Positions 12,491 through 24,152 of a stretch of DNA of 64,000 nucleotides are shown here, one piece after another. Each line of letters starts with the position of its first letter. Within the stretch, counting starts at the first letter, position 1. The position numbers and the translations under genes are program-made. Origin of the DNA: Octopus vulgaris (taxonomy: Eukaryota); contig OX597817.1 in assembly GCA_951406725.2 (NCBI GenBank), forward strand, positions 107,012,001 to 107,076,000, in the 5' to 3' direction. The notes under the pieces are model-generated. The model ran no database searches. It was not told the DNA's origin and worked only from the letters and a program-made list of their open reading frames with translations.

Positions 12491-12912
12491 ATAGGGAAGT
12501 GAGAGGAAAGTGGAATTGGGCAGGTCAATGGTTTAACTTAATCACAATTTAATAGTGGGATTGGCAGTTGAAGAGCAGATAGATTGGAAAGGGGAGGGTG
12601 GGGAAATATTTTTGGTCATGGGGGAGAAAGAAAGTGTGTATGAATAAAGCAAGGTAGGGTGGGGGATTTAAGCATGGGGAGTGGGTGTTTGCCATGCTTA
12701 AATCCCCCACCTTGCTTTATTCATACACACTTTCTTTCTCCCCCATGACCAAAAATATTTCCCCACCCCCTCCCTTCCAATCTATCTTCTCTTCAACTGC
12801 CAATCCCACTATTAAATTCTGTGATTAAGCTAAACTACTGCCCAGTTCCTCCTTCCTCCTACTCCACTATAGTTTATCTTATTTTATTTTCTTAATTTTT
12901 CTATTTACTTAC

Positions 12913-13320
12913 CCTTTTACCCTTTTACTTGTTTCAGTTATTTGACTACGGCCATGCTAGAGCACTGCCTTTAGTCAAACTGACCCCAAGACTTATTCTT
13001 TGGAAGCCCATTACTTATTCTATCGGTCTCTTTTGCCGAGCTGCTAAGTTACGGGGATGTAAACACACCAGCATCGGTTGTCAAGTGATATTGGGGGACA
13101 AACAAAGACACACAAACATATACACATACATACATATATATATATATACATATATATGATGGGCTTCTTTCAGTTTCTGTCTACCAAATCCACGCACAAG
13201 GCTTTGGTCAGCCTGAGACTATAGTAGAAGACACTTGCCCAAGGTGCCACGCAGTGAGATTGAACCCAGAACCATGTGGTTGGTAAGCAAGCTACTTACC
13301 ACACAGCCACTCCTGCGCCT
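12913..13320 (-). mobile_element. abundant tRNA-derived SINE, full length
   Basis: Reverse complement of the consensus, ending ...ACACAGCCACTCCTGCGCC. Confidence 0.9.
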
Positions 13321-13490
13321 TATTTATTTTCTTCTTTTTTTTCTTTCTTCCCTTCTTCTAATACTTATTTTTCCCTACATTTATATACCCCTCACATACT
13401 GTGGCCTCCACACATTCTGTTTGAATCTTCCTTGCATCAACATGTACCTCCTTGTGACAATGTAGACTTTAATCTAATCAAGATATCCTT

Positions 13491-13564
13491 GGCCTGAAGA
13501 GTGACTTGCGGTATACACCTAGCTGGGATTTGAGCACTTCTGAGGTTCCACTCACTATGAAACA
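13491..13564 (+). ncRNA. hammerhead motif copy truncated in stem III
   Basis: GGC-CTGAAGA-GTGAC...TCACTAT-GAAA-CA, then joined directly to a SINE fragment (GGCTTCTTTCAG). Inverted copy of 11915-12003. Confidence 0.6.
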
Positions 13565-14112
13565 GGCTTCTTTCAGTTTCCATCTACCGAATCCACTCAC
13601 AAGGCTTTGGTTGGCCCAGGGCTATAGCAGAAAACACAGTACTTTTTGGTTATCTCAGCTCCATTAAAAAACACACGTTTTATAAGAAATATTGGTACTT
13701 TTGGTTATCTCCCTCAACTAAAAAATTGCTTAACTCTCAATAAAGCAAAAATAAAAAATGAAAAAATTAATAAACATGAAAACTGAAAAAATTAAATATC
13801 TTATTGACTCTGATAACATTTTTATAACAAATCATACCATGCCGATTGAGGAGGCCAAACGTCAATAATGTGTTGAAATATTGAATCAAAAGGATCTAAC
13901 GCTTTTAATCCAATCTCTTGTCACCACGTAATCTCGATTTTCTAGTGGAGAGATAACCCAATTTTTTAATGGCAATTTTTTAATGGCAAATTTTTTAATG
14001 GGGGTGAGATAACCAAAAAGTACCGAAAACACTTTCCCAAGATGTTACATGGAATTGAAACCAGAACTACGTAGTTGGGAAGTAAACCTCTTACCACACA
14101 GCGAAGCCTGTG
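13565..14112 (-). mobile_element. SINE 5' half interrupted by a MITE
   Basis: SINE sequence at 13565-13637 resumes at 14025-14112. Confidence 0.8.
13638..14024. mobile_element. MITE with 8-bp TSD, Merlin-like termini
   Basis: TIRs (A/G)GTACTTTTTGGTTATCTCA / TGAGATAACCAAAAAGTACC. 8-bp TSD GAAAACAC at 13630-13637 and 14025-14032. Internal repeats of the TIR motif at ~13694 and ~13948. Confidence 0.75.
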
Positions 14113-14539
14113 CCGACACACACACACACACAACCACAACCACACAAGCACACGCGCGTGTGCACACACACACACACGCACACGCACACACATGCACCTA
14201 TATATCTTTTATCTTTTACTTGTTTCAGTCATATGGCTGTGGCCACACTGGGGCAAGTGTAGCAGTGTGGTAAGAAGTTTGGTTTTTTTAATCATGTAGT
14301 TCTGGTTTCAATTCCCATGTGTGACATCTTGGGATATACATACACACATATATATATCATTTAATATAAACAATTACAAAAGAGCTTCTAATAGTTTTCT
14401 CATAGACCAGCATCCCGGTTTTTAAATACATGTAACATTATGAATTGAGCCTGAATGATTGCTTAAAGATACAAAGCATGTTATATAAATCTACCAATCT
14501 AATCGACCTTAAAGCATGAAAATATTAGTAGCTAGTTTG

Positions 14540-15455
14540 TATTATATACTCTCCTTAATTTTCTACAACACACTACCATCTATCTGGTAGACTAGCAAGG
14601 CCCCTCTTCCAAAATTCACTGGTCTGTGATGAAAAATACTCCTCCAGTACTGTTCTGATCTTGTCAACAGAATTCATATTTTTTCTATCTAAATGATTTT
14701 GAAGACTACGGGATAAATGATAATCAGAAGCGGCAATGTTCAGCAAATATGGTGGGTGAGGCATTATTTCTCATTCAAACTGCTCCAGCCTTTGGGATGT
14801 CATCCTTGCTGTATGTGGCCAAGCATTATCCTGATGGAAGAGCACCTTTCGTTTTGAAACCAAAGATGCTTGCTTTTCTTCTAATACTGACTTAAGCCAC
14901 TCAAACTGCTTGCACTAGATCTCTGCTATTGTTTGGTTTGGACTTAAAAATTCAAAGTGGACTAAATCTTTCATATCCCACCAAACAGATAACAACACCT
15001 TATGTGGGTGAAGACCTTCTTTAGCCGGGGGGTGGGGGGGGGGTGCTGCTATTTCTCCTTTCCTTACCCACTGTCTTCAGCACTTGACTTTTTTATAGAG
15101 AACTCATTTCTTGTCACTAGTCACTATTCAGTCCAAAAAAGGTTAATTTGAGAGATGTGGCAGCAAAGAAGAGCACATATTTACTCTCTGCATGCGATTA
15201 GACTTGGAAAGTTTGTGAGGAACCCATTGACCCAATTTGCTGGCTTTTCTGATGGCACGCAGGCAGGTGTCGATGAATGGTTGAATGACCAAATCCAAAC
15301 TTCTCTGCTAGTTCCTCCCCATATACTGCATTGATATTGCTCACACTTTCTGTTGCACTATGTCGAATATGTTCCTTTGTCACTTCCATTATAGCTTTGA
15401 AAAAATAACTGTTAAAATTGAACTGCACTCTTCAAAACTTGCATTAAGAATAACG
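14540..15455 (-). pseudogene. decayed mariner (DD34D) transposase
   Basis: Broken frames contain MEVTKEHIRH, GHSTIHRHL, WVPH, VWWD, HQDNAWPH and PHPPY..IAASDYHLSRSLQNHL. Internal deletion and frameshifts. Confidence 0.9.
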
Positions 15456-15477
15456 ACTAGATAAAATTTATCTATCT

Positions 15478-15745
15478 ATATATATATATGTGTATATAGG
15501 GACTAATGTGCTGTGTGTGCATGTGTGTGTGTGGATATGTGTGTGTATGCGTGTATGTGTGTATGTGTGTGTATGTGTATATAAATTTTTCTGTGTGTAT
15601 ATGTATACATATATGTGTATGTGTAGATATGTATATGTATGTGTAAGTGTATATATGTGTGTATATATATATGTGTGTGTATGTATGTGTGTATGTATAT
15701 GTATATATGTTTGTATGTGTGTGTATATATGTATACATATGTGCA
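15478..15745. repeat. compound (TG)n/(TA)n microsatellite
   Basis: Directly visible; source of spurious His/Thr-rich and Val/Cys-rich ORFs. Confidence 0.95.
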
Positions 15746-15792
15746 TAGGTATAAGTGAGAATCTCCTTACTTACCTAAAACTCTATCCCCCC

Positions 15793-15827
<35 letters not shown>

Positions 15828-16033
15828 TTTTTATTTTTTTATTTTATTTTTTTATTTTTTTATTTTTTAATTTTTTAATTTTTTTTATTTATTCTTCTTT
15901 CTAATTTAACACTGACTCCTTGACCACTCCCCAAGTATGATATTTTGCGCTATGCCTACCCCCAAAAAGTCCCCCACCAACACCCCTTTAAACCTGCCTA
16001 AATGTATAAATGCCAATACAATTCTTGTTAACT

Positions 16034-16084
16034 AGCTTCCTGAAGATTTCTCTTGAATGAAACAGTTCTAGTCCTGTAGAAGCT
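16034..16084 (+). ncRNA. type I hammerhead ribozyme, best-conserved in window
   Basis: AGCTTC-CTGAAGA-TTTC tctt GAAT-GAAA-CAG ttctagtc CTG-TA-GAAGCT. Perfect 6-bp stem I, intact core, stem III ACAG/CTGT, and GUA cleavage site after 16078. TATAAAT lies ~30 nt upstream and AATAAA at 16095-16100. Confidence 0.85.
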
Positions 16085-16241
16085 CCTTCTATATAATAAA
16101 TATATATATATATATATATATATTGTTATATTTCGGAATGGTCATATTGCCAGTTTAGCCAATAAAAACACACGCACTATATATTTGGTGTTATTTTACT
16201 TCAGTGTTATTTATTTTTTACATTAATCTTAATCTTATTTC

Positions 16242-16286
16242 GGCCAGAGTTCTTTCGTCACACTCCTGTGACCGCATCAGTGGTCC
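16242..16286 (-). ncRNA. hammerhead-like motif in inverted pLTR copy (A9->C variant)
   Basis: Minus strand: CCA-CTGATGC-G-GTCAC aggagt GTGAC-GAAA-GAAC-TC-TGG. Confidence 0.65.
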
Positions 16287-16750
16287 TTTGTTTTCTTCTT
16301 TCTTATTTGTGTCTCTCATTACTAACCGTCAGCCATTTTGTGTTTCTATTGTATGTCTTTATTTGCGCATACTTATAGCTCTATGTGCGTCTATGTTTAT
16401 TTAGTGTGTGTATGTGGGGGGATGCCTGTAATATTTGTATCTTCTGTTTATATATGTTCATGTAATTTTCATGTAATAAGTATTTTTTTTTGTTTTTGTT
16501 TATTCTTATTTTGTTCATGTGTTTACATCCACTTATTATTATCATTACATATGCTTGTATGTATGTATGTATGTATGTATGTATAACAACAATACTAGTA
16601 ATAATAATAATAAATCGAATCGAAAAAAAAAAATATATATATATATAGTTATTTATTTCTATTAGTTTATTTATCTGTGTATTTATTATGTTTTCAGGAT
16701 CCTCTATCGTCATATGTTGTGGTGTGTGTTAGTGCTCCATTCTAGTTTTC

Positions 16751-17583
16751 AATATTTTGATGGCAGACCTCGTCAGAATAATGAGAAATGTGTCACGCAT
16801 GTGCGAGCTCACAGAGTTAAAGAGACACATACAATATTTCATTCACCGCATGCAGTTCTCAGGTTACAGCCATAAAGAAAGGATCAGAGTATACAAAGGA
16901 GCCATGAAGAAATTTGATGATATATTATGTAATGATAGGAATGGGATTTGCCCACTCTATAGGAACAAGTCATGGAACACTATAGAAAGGACAAAAAAGA
17001 AAATAGAAAAGGCCAACTCTTGGTATGATAGCCATAAATACCAGAGTGTTATGTTCGTTGACACCACCCCTGGAGGTGAACTGGCGTACTGCTTTAGAAG
17101 GACCCTAGACAAACTTAAGCTAAGAATTAAGGTTGTTGAAAAGCCAGGCAACCCTATCAAATCTATAATTGGTAGAACCTATCTTTTTAGTAGAACCCCT
17201 TGTACGGATAAGTACTGTACTGTATGTAGATTTAGCCCACAAACAAACTGTAAAGCCAGAAATGTAGTCTATAGTATAAGATGCATAGAGGGACGATGCA
17301 GTAACAAGACAACGACATACGTAGAGGAAACGGCAAGAAGCATAGGAGAGCGGGTAAACGAACATTGAAGACAACTCAAGGAAGGTAAAAGCTCATCGAT
17401 TCTGTACCAACACGCCGAACAGGAACATGGGGGATCAATCAATAACATAAAAATTAAAATATTGTCCACACATAGAACAGATGCAACAATTAGACAAATT
17501 ATAGAAGCTACACACATAATAGAAAATAAAGCTAGCCTGAATAGAAAACTAGAATGGAGCACTAACATACACCACAACATATG
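16751..17583 (+). pseudogene. Penelope-like ORF C-terminus: RT thumb, Cys-rich linker, GIY-YIG endonuclease
   Basis: ADLVRIMRN..RMQFSGY..SVMFVDTTPGG..CTDKYCTVC..NCKARNVVYSIRC..TYVEETARSIGERVNEH. One in-frame TGA at 17366-17368, after which the frame continues (..LYQHAEQEH..RQIIEA..LNRKLEW..). Confidence 0.88.
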
Positions 17584-18006
17584 ACGATAGAGGATCCTGA
17601 AAACATAATAAATACACAGATAAATAAACTAATAGAAATAAATAACTATATATATATATATATATTTTTTTTCGATTTAATTTATTATTATTATTACTAG
17701 TATTGTTGTTATACATACATACATACATACATACAAGCATATGTAATGATAATAATAAGTGGATGTAAACACATGAACAAAATAAGAATAAACAAAAACA
17801 AAAAACAAAATACAAATTACATGAAAATTATATGAACATATATAAACAGAAGATACAAATATTACAGGCATCCCCCCACATACACACACTAAATAAACAT
17901 AGACGCACATAGAGATATAAGCATGCGCAAATGAAGACATACAATAGAAATACAAAATGGCTGACGGTTAGTAAGGAGAGACACAAATAAGAAAGAAGGA
18001 AACAAA

Positions 18007-18051
18007 GGACCATTGATGCAGTCACAGGAGTGTGATGAAAGAACTCTGGCC
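18007..18051 (+). ncRNA. hammerhead-like motif in 3' pLTR (decayed copy)
   Basis: CCA-TTGATGC-A-GTCAC aggagt GTGAT-GAAA-GAAC-TC-TGG; sense copy of 16242-16286. Confidence 0.55.
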
Positions 18052-18229
18052 AAAATAAGATTAAGATTAATGTAAAAAATAAATAACACTGAAGTAAAAT
18101 AACACCAAATATATAGTGCGTGTGTTTTTATTGGCTAAACTGGCAATATGACCATTCCGAAATATAACAATATCTGTTTCAACACACGACTTCACATAAA
18201 AAATCTTGCACAACAAATATTTAAACGTA

Positions 18230-18294
<65 letters not shown>

Positions 18295-18334
18295 ATGTGG
18301 GGGGATGCCTGTAATATTTGTATCTTCTGTTATA

Positions 18335-18637
18335 TCACGTGATCACGTGATGGACCAGACCATCAGATGTTGCTACACATCGCTGGTCACAATGCGTTTG
18401 CATTGTTTTAGCCTTCGAATGACGCCACCCTGCTGGCTAAGCGAGCAGGCCAACAGACGAAAGAGTGAGAGAAAGGGTGGTGAAAGAGTACAGCAGGGAT
18501 CACCACCCCCTGCCGGAGCGTCGTGGAGCTTTTAGGTGCTTTCGCTCAATAAACACACACAACACCCGGTCTGGGAATCGAAGCCGCGATCCTACGACCA
18601 CGAGTCCGCTGCACTAACCACTGGGCCATAGCGCCTC

Positions 18638-18640
<3 letters not shown>
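18335..18640 (-). mobile_element. young tRNA-derived SINE
   Basis: Reverse complement gives GGAGGCGCTATGGCCCAGTGGTTAGTGCAGCGGACTCG..GCTTCGATTCCC. Its tail is homologous to 53935-54050. Confidence 0.8.
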
Positions 18641-18727
<87 letters not shown>

Positions 18728-18732
18728 TATAT

Positions 18733-19075
18733 AGGTGCAAGCATGGCTGTTTGGTTGAGAAGTTTGCTTCCCAACTATATGCTTCTGAGTTCAGTCCCAC
18801 TGCATGGCAGGCTGACCAAATCCTTGTGAATGGATTTAATAGCTCATCATGTATATATGTGTGTGTATCTGTGTTTGTTCCCCACCACTGCTTGACAACT
18901 GGTGTTGGTGTGTTTATGTTCCTGTAACTTAGCAGTTCAGCAAAAGAGACCAATAAAATAAGTACCAGGACTTTATAGAAAAAAATAAGTACTGGGGTCG
19001 ATTCGTTTGACTAGAATTCTTCAAGGCAGTGCCCCAGTATGGCCACAGTCTAATGACGAAAACAAGTAAAAGTAA
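18733..19075 (+). mobile_element. abundant tRNA-derived SINE (internally deleted)
   Basis: Consensus head and tail. Confidence 0.8.
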
Positions 19076-21854
19076 TAGATAAAAGATATTACATATATCA
19101 CATACATATATATTATATATGTATCTATGTGTGTGAGTGCATGTATTTGTGTGTCTGATAAATATTCATAGTAATTAGAGATAGATTAAATAACATGACA
19201 GGTATACATAATATTATGTTTCAAGTCACAATGTTCGTTAGAACAAAATGATATTTAATTATAGAAATCTTATACAATTTCTGTATATGGATATTAGAAG
19301 AGAAAAGGAATAGGCTATATAACTCATTGCACTACTGGAATACCACCAAAGACTTCCTCTTGTTTTCTGTGGTTATTGAAGTGGAAATACACTGCTGGGG
19401 TATCATATTGTCATTTTCTGACTATTAGTGAGATTTACAACAAGCCTAGAGAACTAAGAAAACATCTGTCAGTTATACAGCACTCTGTTTATGAGTAACA
19501 ATGTACTGAACTGCACAACTGTGCTTATTTATGACCATGAGTGAGATATTAGGACTTAAGTATTTTCAGAAACATCCATGTTTGTCTGTTGGATAGATGA
19601 AGACCAGCTAGTCATCCAAAGATAGCTGATGACTTGCACAGTGATTTTGTTTAAAGTGAAGAAGAGTTGGATACAATCAGACTCACTCTCTTGTCCATGA
19701 CCATCTTTAATTCAGTGGCAAGACTATGTCAAGATGACTGGGGATGGAGACAGATACAGTGGATAACCAAGATATAAGATGTCTTATTTGCCTCATCATG
19801 CTCTCTACACTTTACAATGTATTTCTGCAGCCACTTTCCCCTCTGTTGGACTGTGAAGATTTCTTCCACAGAGTCTTCTGGATCCAGTCTTCACATGCAT
19901 AGTTAGACAAACCCTAATAAGCTAATTAACCCAGATACTGGACCCTAACAGGTGCTACTACTCTGGGTCAGAGTAGAATTGGGAACAACAATGGCTTAGA
20001 GGTGGTTCCACACTCCTCAAATTTCCAGAATTCCTCAACTAGGGCTTCACTATCAGATGCAGTTTCAAGTCATACTCAGGACATAGAGCAATCAGAAACA
20101 TAGTACAATACTCATAAGAAGATATAAATTGTTGAACCAACAACAGAGTCACTACATGGTTGCTTGACCATGTAAAAACTCTCTTGGTCAGATAACTAAA
20201 CCACCTTTATATCACAATCAAAAAGGCAGAATGCATTGGATAATGTTGCCTAAGATACACTGTGTTTCAAAAACAAAGACAAGGTTGTTACAGCTGGAAT
20301 GATTGGTCATATGTCCATATGTTCAATGCTGACTTGGAGTTAAACAACACCGGAACAATATGATATATGCAGTTCACCTACGAGCTGGTAAGGCATCATC
20401 TTAATGACTTAGGCAGCAGTGACCTTCATTAAATTTGGTGGAGCTACAAAATTATAAAGTCAACAACTTCAATAATTTAATTAAAGAAATAGCAGAGGAA
20501 GAAGGAAATCAACTCATAGATTTACCATTACTTTTTGGAAAAGTTCCAAAAGAAGAGTGAAGCTAAGCAAATTTCTGAAATCTGTGTTGTTATTTAAAAG
20601 TTAGTGAAAAATGACTAATATCTCAGTTGGCTTTTTGTCAAGAGTTAAATCACCTAATCAGCCAGTAACCTGAATATTTGTCCAATTTTCAAAATTGGTA
20701 CTCAAGAAGTCTTCATGAAAGATTAAAGATGTCTTTGAAATAGCAACAGTCTTGTTTCCAGCATGGCATTTTCCAAATTTTTTAAATACAAATTATCAAA
20801 GCAGAATAAACCTTACAGTAGAAACAAAACTATAATCAGACTAAAGATGAGCAATTTAATTGACTTTGAAATCAAAGATTGTAATATTAACTATTCAAAT
20901 GGGAAGTTTTTTTCAGAATTTAAAACCAAGCTAAAAGGTCAAAAAGAAAGTCAGCTGTTTTATATAAATTAACAGTTTAATCTGATAGTAGATTAAAAGA
21001 TTAACGACAAACCATTATAGTTACTCTGATAGAAACCAAGATATAGTTAATATAATTGAAACTAAAAATATTGCTACTACAATACAAATTACAGAATTGC
21101 TACAACACTAACTTAATCACTGCTATCACAACACAAACTATAATTATAACAACCTTAGCTGTGTAAGTATAATACAAAAGTAACCATTGTTGCACCAACC
21201 AAAGCAGAATAAAAAAAAAAAACATGAAGCTTTCAAATTAATGATAAGGATGATGGAAACAATGGGCTAACATATCAAATCAATTATGGAGATGAAGAAC
21301 ATGATAAACAAAGAATGAGATAATAATGACCAGTTACAATGTCAACAATAATGGAAGAAATGGCATCACGAAATTATGGTTTATTTCATTATCATTCTTC
21401 ATTAAGAAGATCAATGCTCTTAATCCTTAGCAGTAATGCTTCAATGTTGATTTATATCCAACTGTAAGAGTACATTTTGTTTCTTGTGTAATTTTTAACT
21501 TTATTTTCCTTTGTATTGAAACTGTTTGTTCTGTCTTCATCTCTTACAATACATTGCAGCTAGTTCAACCATTATTACTTGAAGGACTAATTTGCCATAC
21601 TTCAACATTTTCACAAAAAAACAGATCCCTGTTTCTATAAACTGCAGTATTTAAAACCCCTTATGGGCAAAATTTGTGATACACTGCCAATCCTCTCCAG
21701 ATAAGATGTCTCTAAACTTCTTCACTTGCTATCAGAAAGAGACATAAGCAAGAATATGTGGTGAAAATTTCTGCTCAGATACTCAAAAAAGTACTGTCAC
21801 CATACTAATAACCCAAACATTCTTTACTCTAGCTATATCTTTTATCGTTTTGTC

Positions 21855-22210
21855 TTTTACTTGTTTCAGTCATTAGACTGCAGCTATGCTGGGGTACTGC
21901 ATTGAAGAATTTTTAGATGAATTAATTGACCCAGTACTTATTTTTTGATTTTTTAAGCTTGATACTTATTCTGTTGGTGCCTTTTGCCAAACCACGAAGT
22001 TATCAAGCAGTGATGGAAGACAAACATCGACACAAAGGCACACATGCATGCACACACACATGCACACACACACACACGCATGCTCACGCACACACACACG
22101 CACACACACACACGATGGGCTTTTTCCAGTTTCTGTTCACTAAATCTACGCACAAGGCCTTTGTGGGCCCGAGGCTATAGTAGAAGATTCTTGCCCAATG
22201 TGCCATGCGA
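21855..22210 (-). mobile_element. abundant tRNA-derived SINE with internal (CA)n
   Basis: Reverse-complement consensus tail and body. Confidence 0.8.
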
Positions 22211-22491
22211 GGAAAAAGTCTGATAGCTGAAGCAAAGAGTGACATCATAATAGGCTCTTAGAGATGCTTGAAGTATTGATCATTGGTAGTAAGGAAATGG
22301 GAAGTTGTGGCATTCAAGTTTTTCTAAAAGCAAACAAAGATGTATATGAATTTAAGAATTTCCAACTTGATACAGGTTACAAAGAGGACTTACTGCCATG
22401 TGATGCTATTAGTAACAGCATACAAATGAAAAAAACTTTTTTAAAATAGACATTTCTGATATATGATATATATATATATATATATATATAT

Positions 22492-22994
22492 CGATTGTTT
22501 TAAGTCTACTGTCCCCAATCAAAATCTTCGCAGCCCGCTATTCGTTCGCGGTTTAAATTCTTAAATTTTAAATTCTTAAATTTTTTAAAATGCCTCGGTA
22601 TGAAGATATTTCGTTCGTCCTCCGCCATTACTTTCAATCAAAACTTCCGTCTTTCCAACCCACTTCCGGTGAACCTATATAAATAATCACCTCGTGTGCT
22701 TCTCTTTCATTCACCCCTTCTTGACCACACAGCGATGATCATAGCAAGCAAGCTAAGAATTCTCATTTCATTTCTTCCGACTCTTGTACTACACACATAC
22801 ATTTGCCGCTAACCCTTAAATGTTCGAATCTATTCACTAATTCTGCTTGTTCTTAAAATATAACCCTTTAATTTGTTTAACCCCTCGGTACCAAGTTAAT
22901 TTGTTCGTTACTCTGTTCATTTCTTCAAACCCCGATTGTTTTAAGTCTACTGTCCCCAATCAAAATCTTCACAGCCCGCCATTCGTTCGCGGTT
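22492..22994 (+). repeat. 62-bp direct repeat (22492-22553 / 22933-22994) bracketing a young CpG-rich module
   Basis: CGATTGTTTTAAGTCTACTGTCCCCAATCAAAATCTTC(G/A)CAGCCCGC(T/C)ATTCGTTCGCGGTT occurs twice, 441 bp apart, with 2 mismatches. Confidence 0.9.
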
Positions 22995-23710
22995 CGCCCG
23001 CCCTCCCACCCCCACCACCCATACAGGAGAACACTCTGTTTACACCATCCTCACCGGATATCCCCTCTACCACCGCCACCACTACGTGTGTCTGTTCCTC
23101 CTACCCCTCCTCCTCAATATACTTTCTCACTATGTATTTTACCCCTGCCTCTCTCCCCCTGGACAGAAGCAGCTAGCGCTGCAGCTCATCAAACATCCCA
23201 CTTAACCTGTTATCTTATGTTCCTCCTGTTTTGAAATGTGTCACTGCCTCAACCGGCTATCTCCTTCCAGCCCCCTCCCCCACTCTTGATATCCTACGTT
23301 TTACTTCCTACTTTTCAATCTGTCTAGAACCTGCCGCCAACCCTACCTGTCATCGTTTCTCTTTACCCCAAACCTTCCCCACTGGTGCTCCCCTATATTA
23401 TATGCACCCCCACTCTCTCTCCCTCTCTCCTCTCTGCCGGAACCCTCCCCCCTGCCGCAATGCAACGAAAAAAGGCAATAACCGATCGTGGCCGATGCCA
23501 GACCCCTCTGGCACCTGTGCAGGTGGCACATAAAAAGCACCCACTACACTCGCGGAGTGGTTGGCGTTAGGAAGGGCATCCAGCTGTAGAAACACTGCCA
23601 GATCAGACTGGAGCCTGGGGCAGTCCCTGCTCCCCAGACCCCGGTCAAACCGTCCAACCCGTGCTAGCGCGGAAAACGGACGTTAAACGATGATGATGAT
23701 GATGATGATG
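22995..23710 (+). mobile_element. young RTE-type 3' UTR/tail ending in (ATG)n
   Basis: CT-rich segment followed by the shared RTE-type tail with CpGs intact, then (GAT)n and (TA)n. Confidence 0.65.
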
Positions 23711-24108
23711 ATATATATATATATATCATCATCATCATCATCATCATTTAGCGTCCATCTGGTTCAGTCCAACAATTTTCAATAATTGCCTTTGTGTTGA
23801 AGCTTTTTAAATTCAAGTGATAAATCAATTGGTTTCAGTTTGTTTTCTGGGAATGAAATAATTGTATCCAGTAAATTTTTCTGACTTAAAAATAGCAATT
23901 AGGTCATGGACCATTATATTTTTGATGTTGAGTTTTGTATCCTAAAGTTTTTAGGATCAACATTATGGTTTTATGGCAATTTTGATGCTATTTTTCTCTG
24001 GTTTAGTTATCATGTCATAGTCTCCCTTGTTCCTCATATGTACATACATACACACATACACACACTACACATGCATATGCACATGCACACAAGCACACAC
24101 ACACACAC

Positions 24109-24152
<44 letters not shown>

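Larger units (their letters stand above)
11927..13564. repeat. ~1.6-kb imperfect palindrome (arms 11927-12677 and 12692-13564), each arm carrying a SINE and a hammerhead motif
   Basis: 12530-12677 is the reverse complement of 12692-12836, and 11927-12105 is the reverse complement of 13383-13564. Mirror-oriented SINEs lie at 12122-12490(+) and 12913-13320(-). Confidence 0.9.
16120..18232 (+). mobile_element. 5'-truncated Penelope-like retroelement with inverted copy of its 3' end/pseudo-LTR, inserted in (TA)n
   Basis: ~630-bp inverted repeat (16120-16750 vs 17544-18173) brackets RT-thumb/GIY-YIG coding sequence, with (TA)n on both flanks. A further short inverted fragment lies at 18291-18330. 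Confidence 0.9.

Noticed and set aside
15468-15870. His/Thr- and Val/Cys-rich ORFs (also 27845-28460, 44758-44998, 56347-56759)
   Set aside because: Microsatellite translations.
17366-17368. In-frame TGA in Penelope-like endonuclease as possible selenocysteine
   Set aside because: It is not a conserved Cys position (Gln in the paralogue at ~27373) and is most simply a point mutation. The SECIS-like ATGA..GA at ~17930-17965 does not pair well.
20430-20970. Coding-like stretch (NLVELQNYKVNNFNNLIKEIAEEEGNQLIDLPLLFGK)
   Set aside because: Multiple stops, no recognisable motif, and no splice support.
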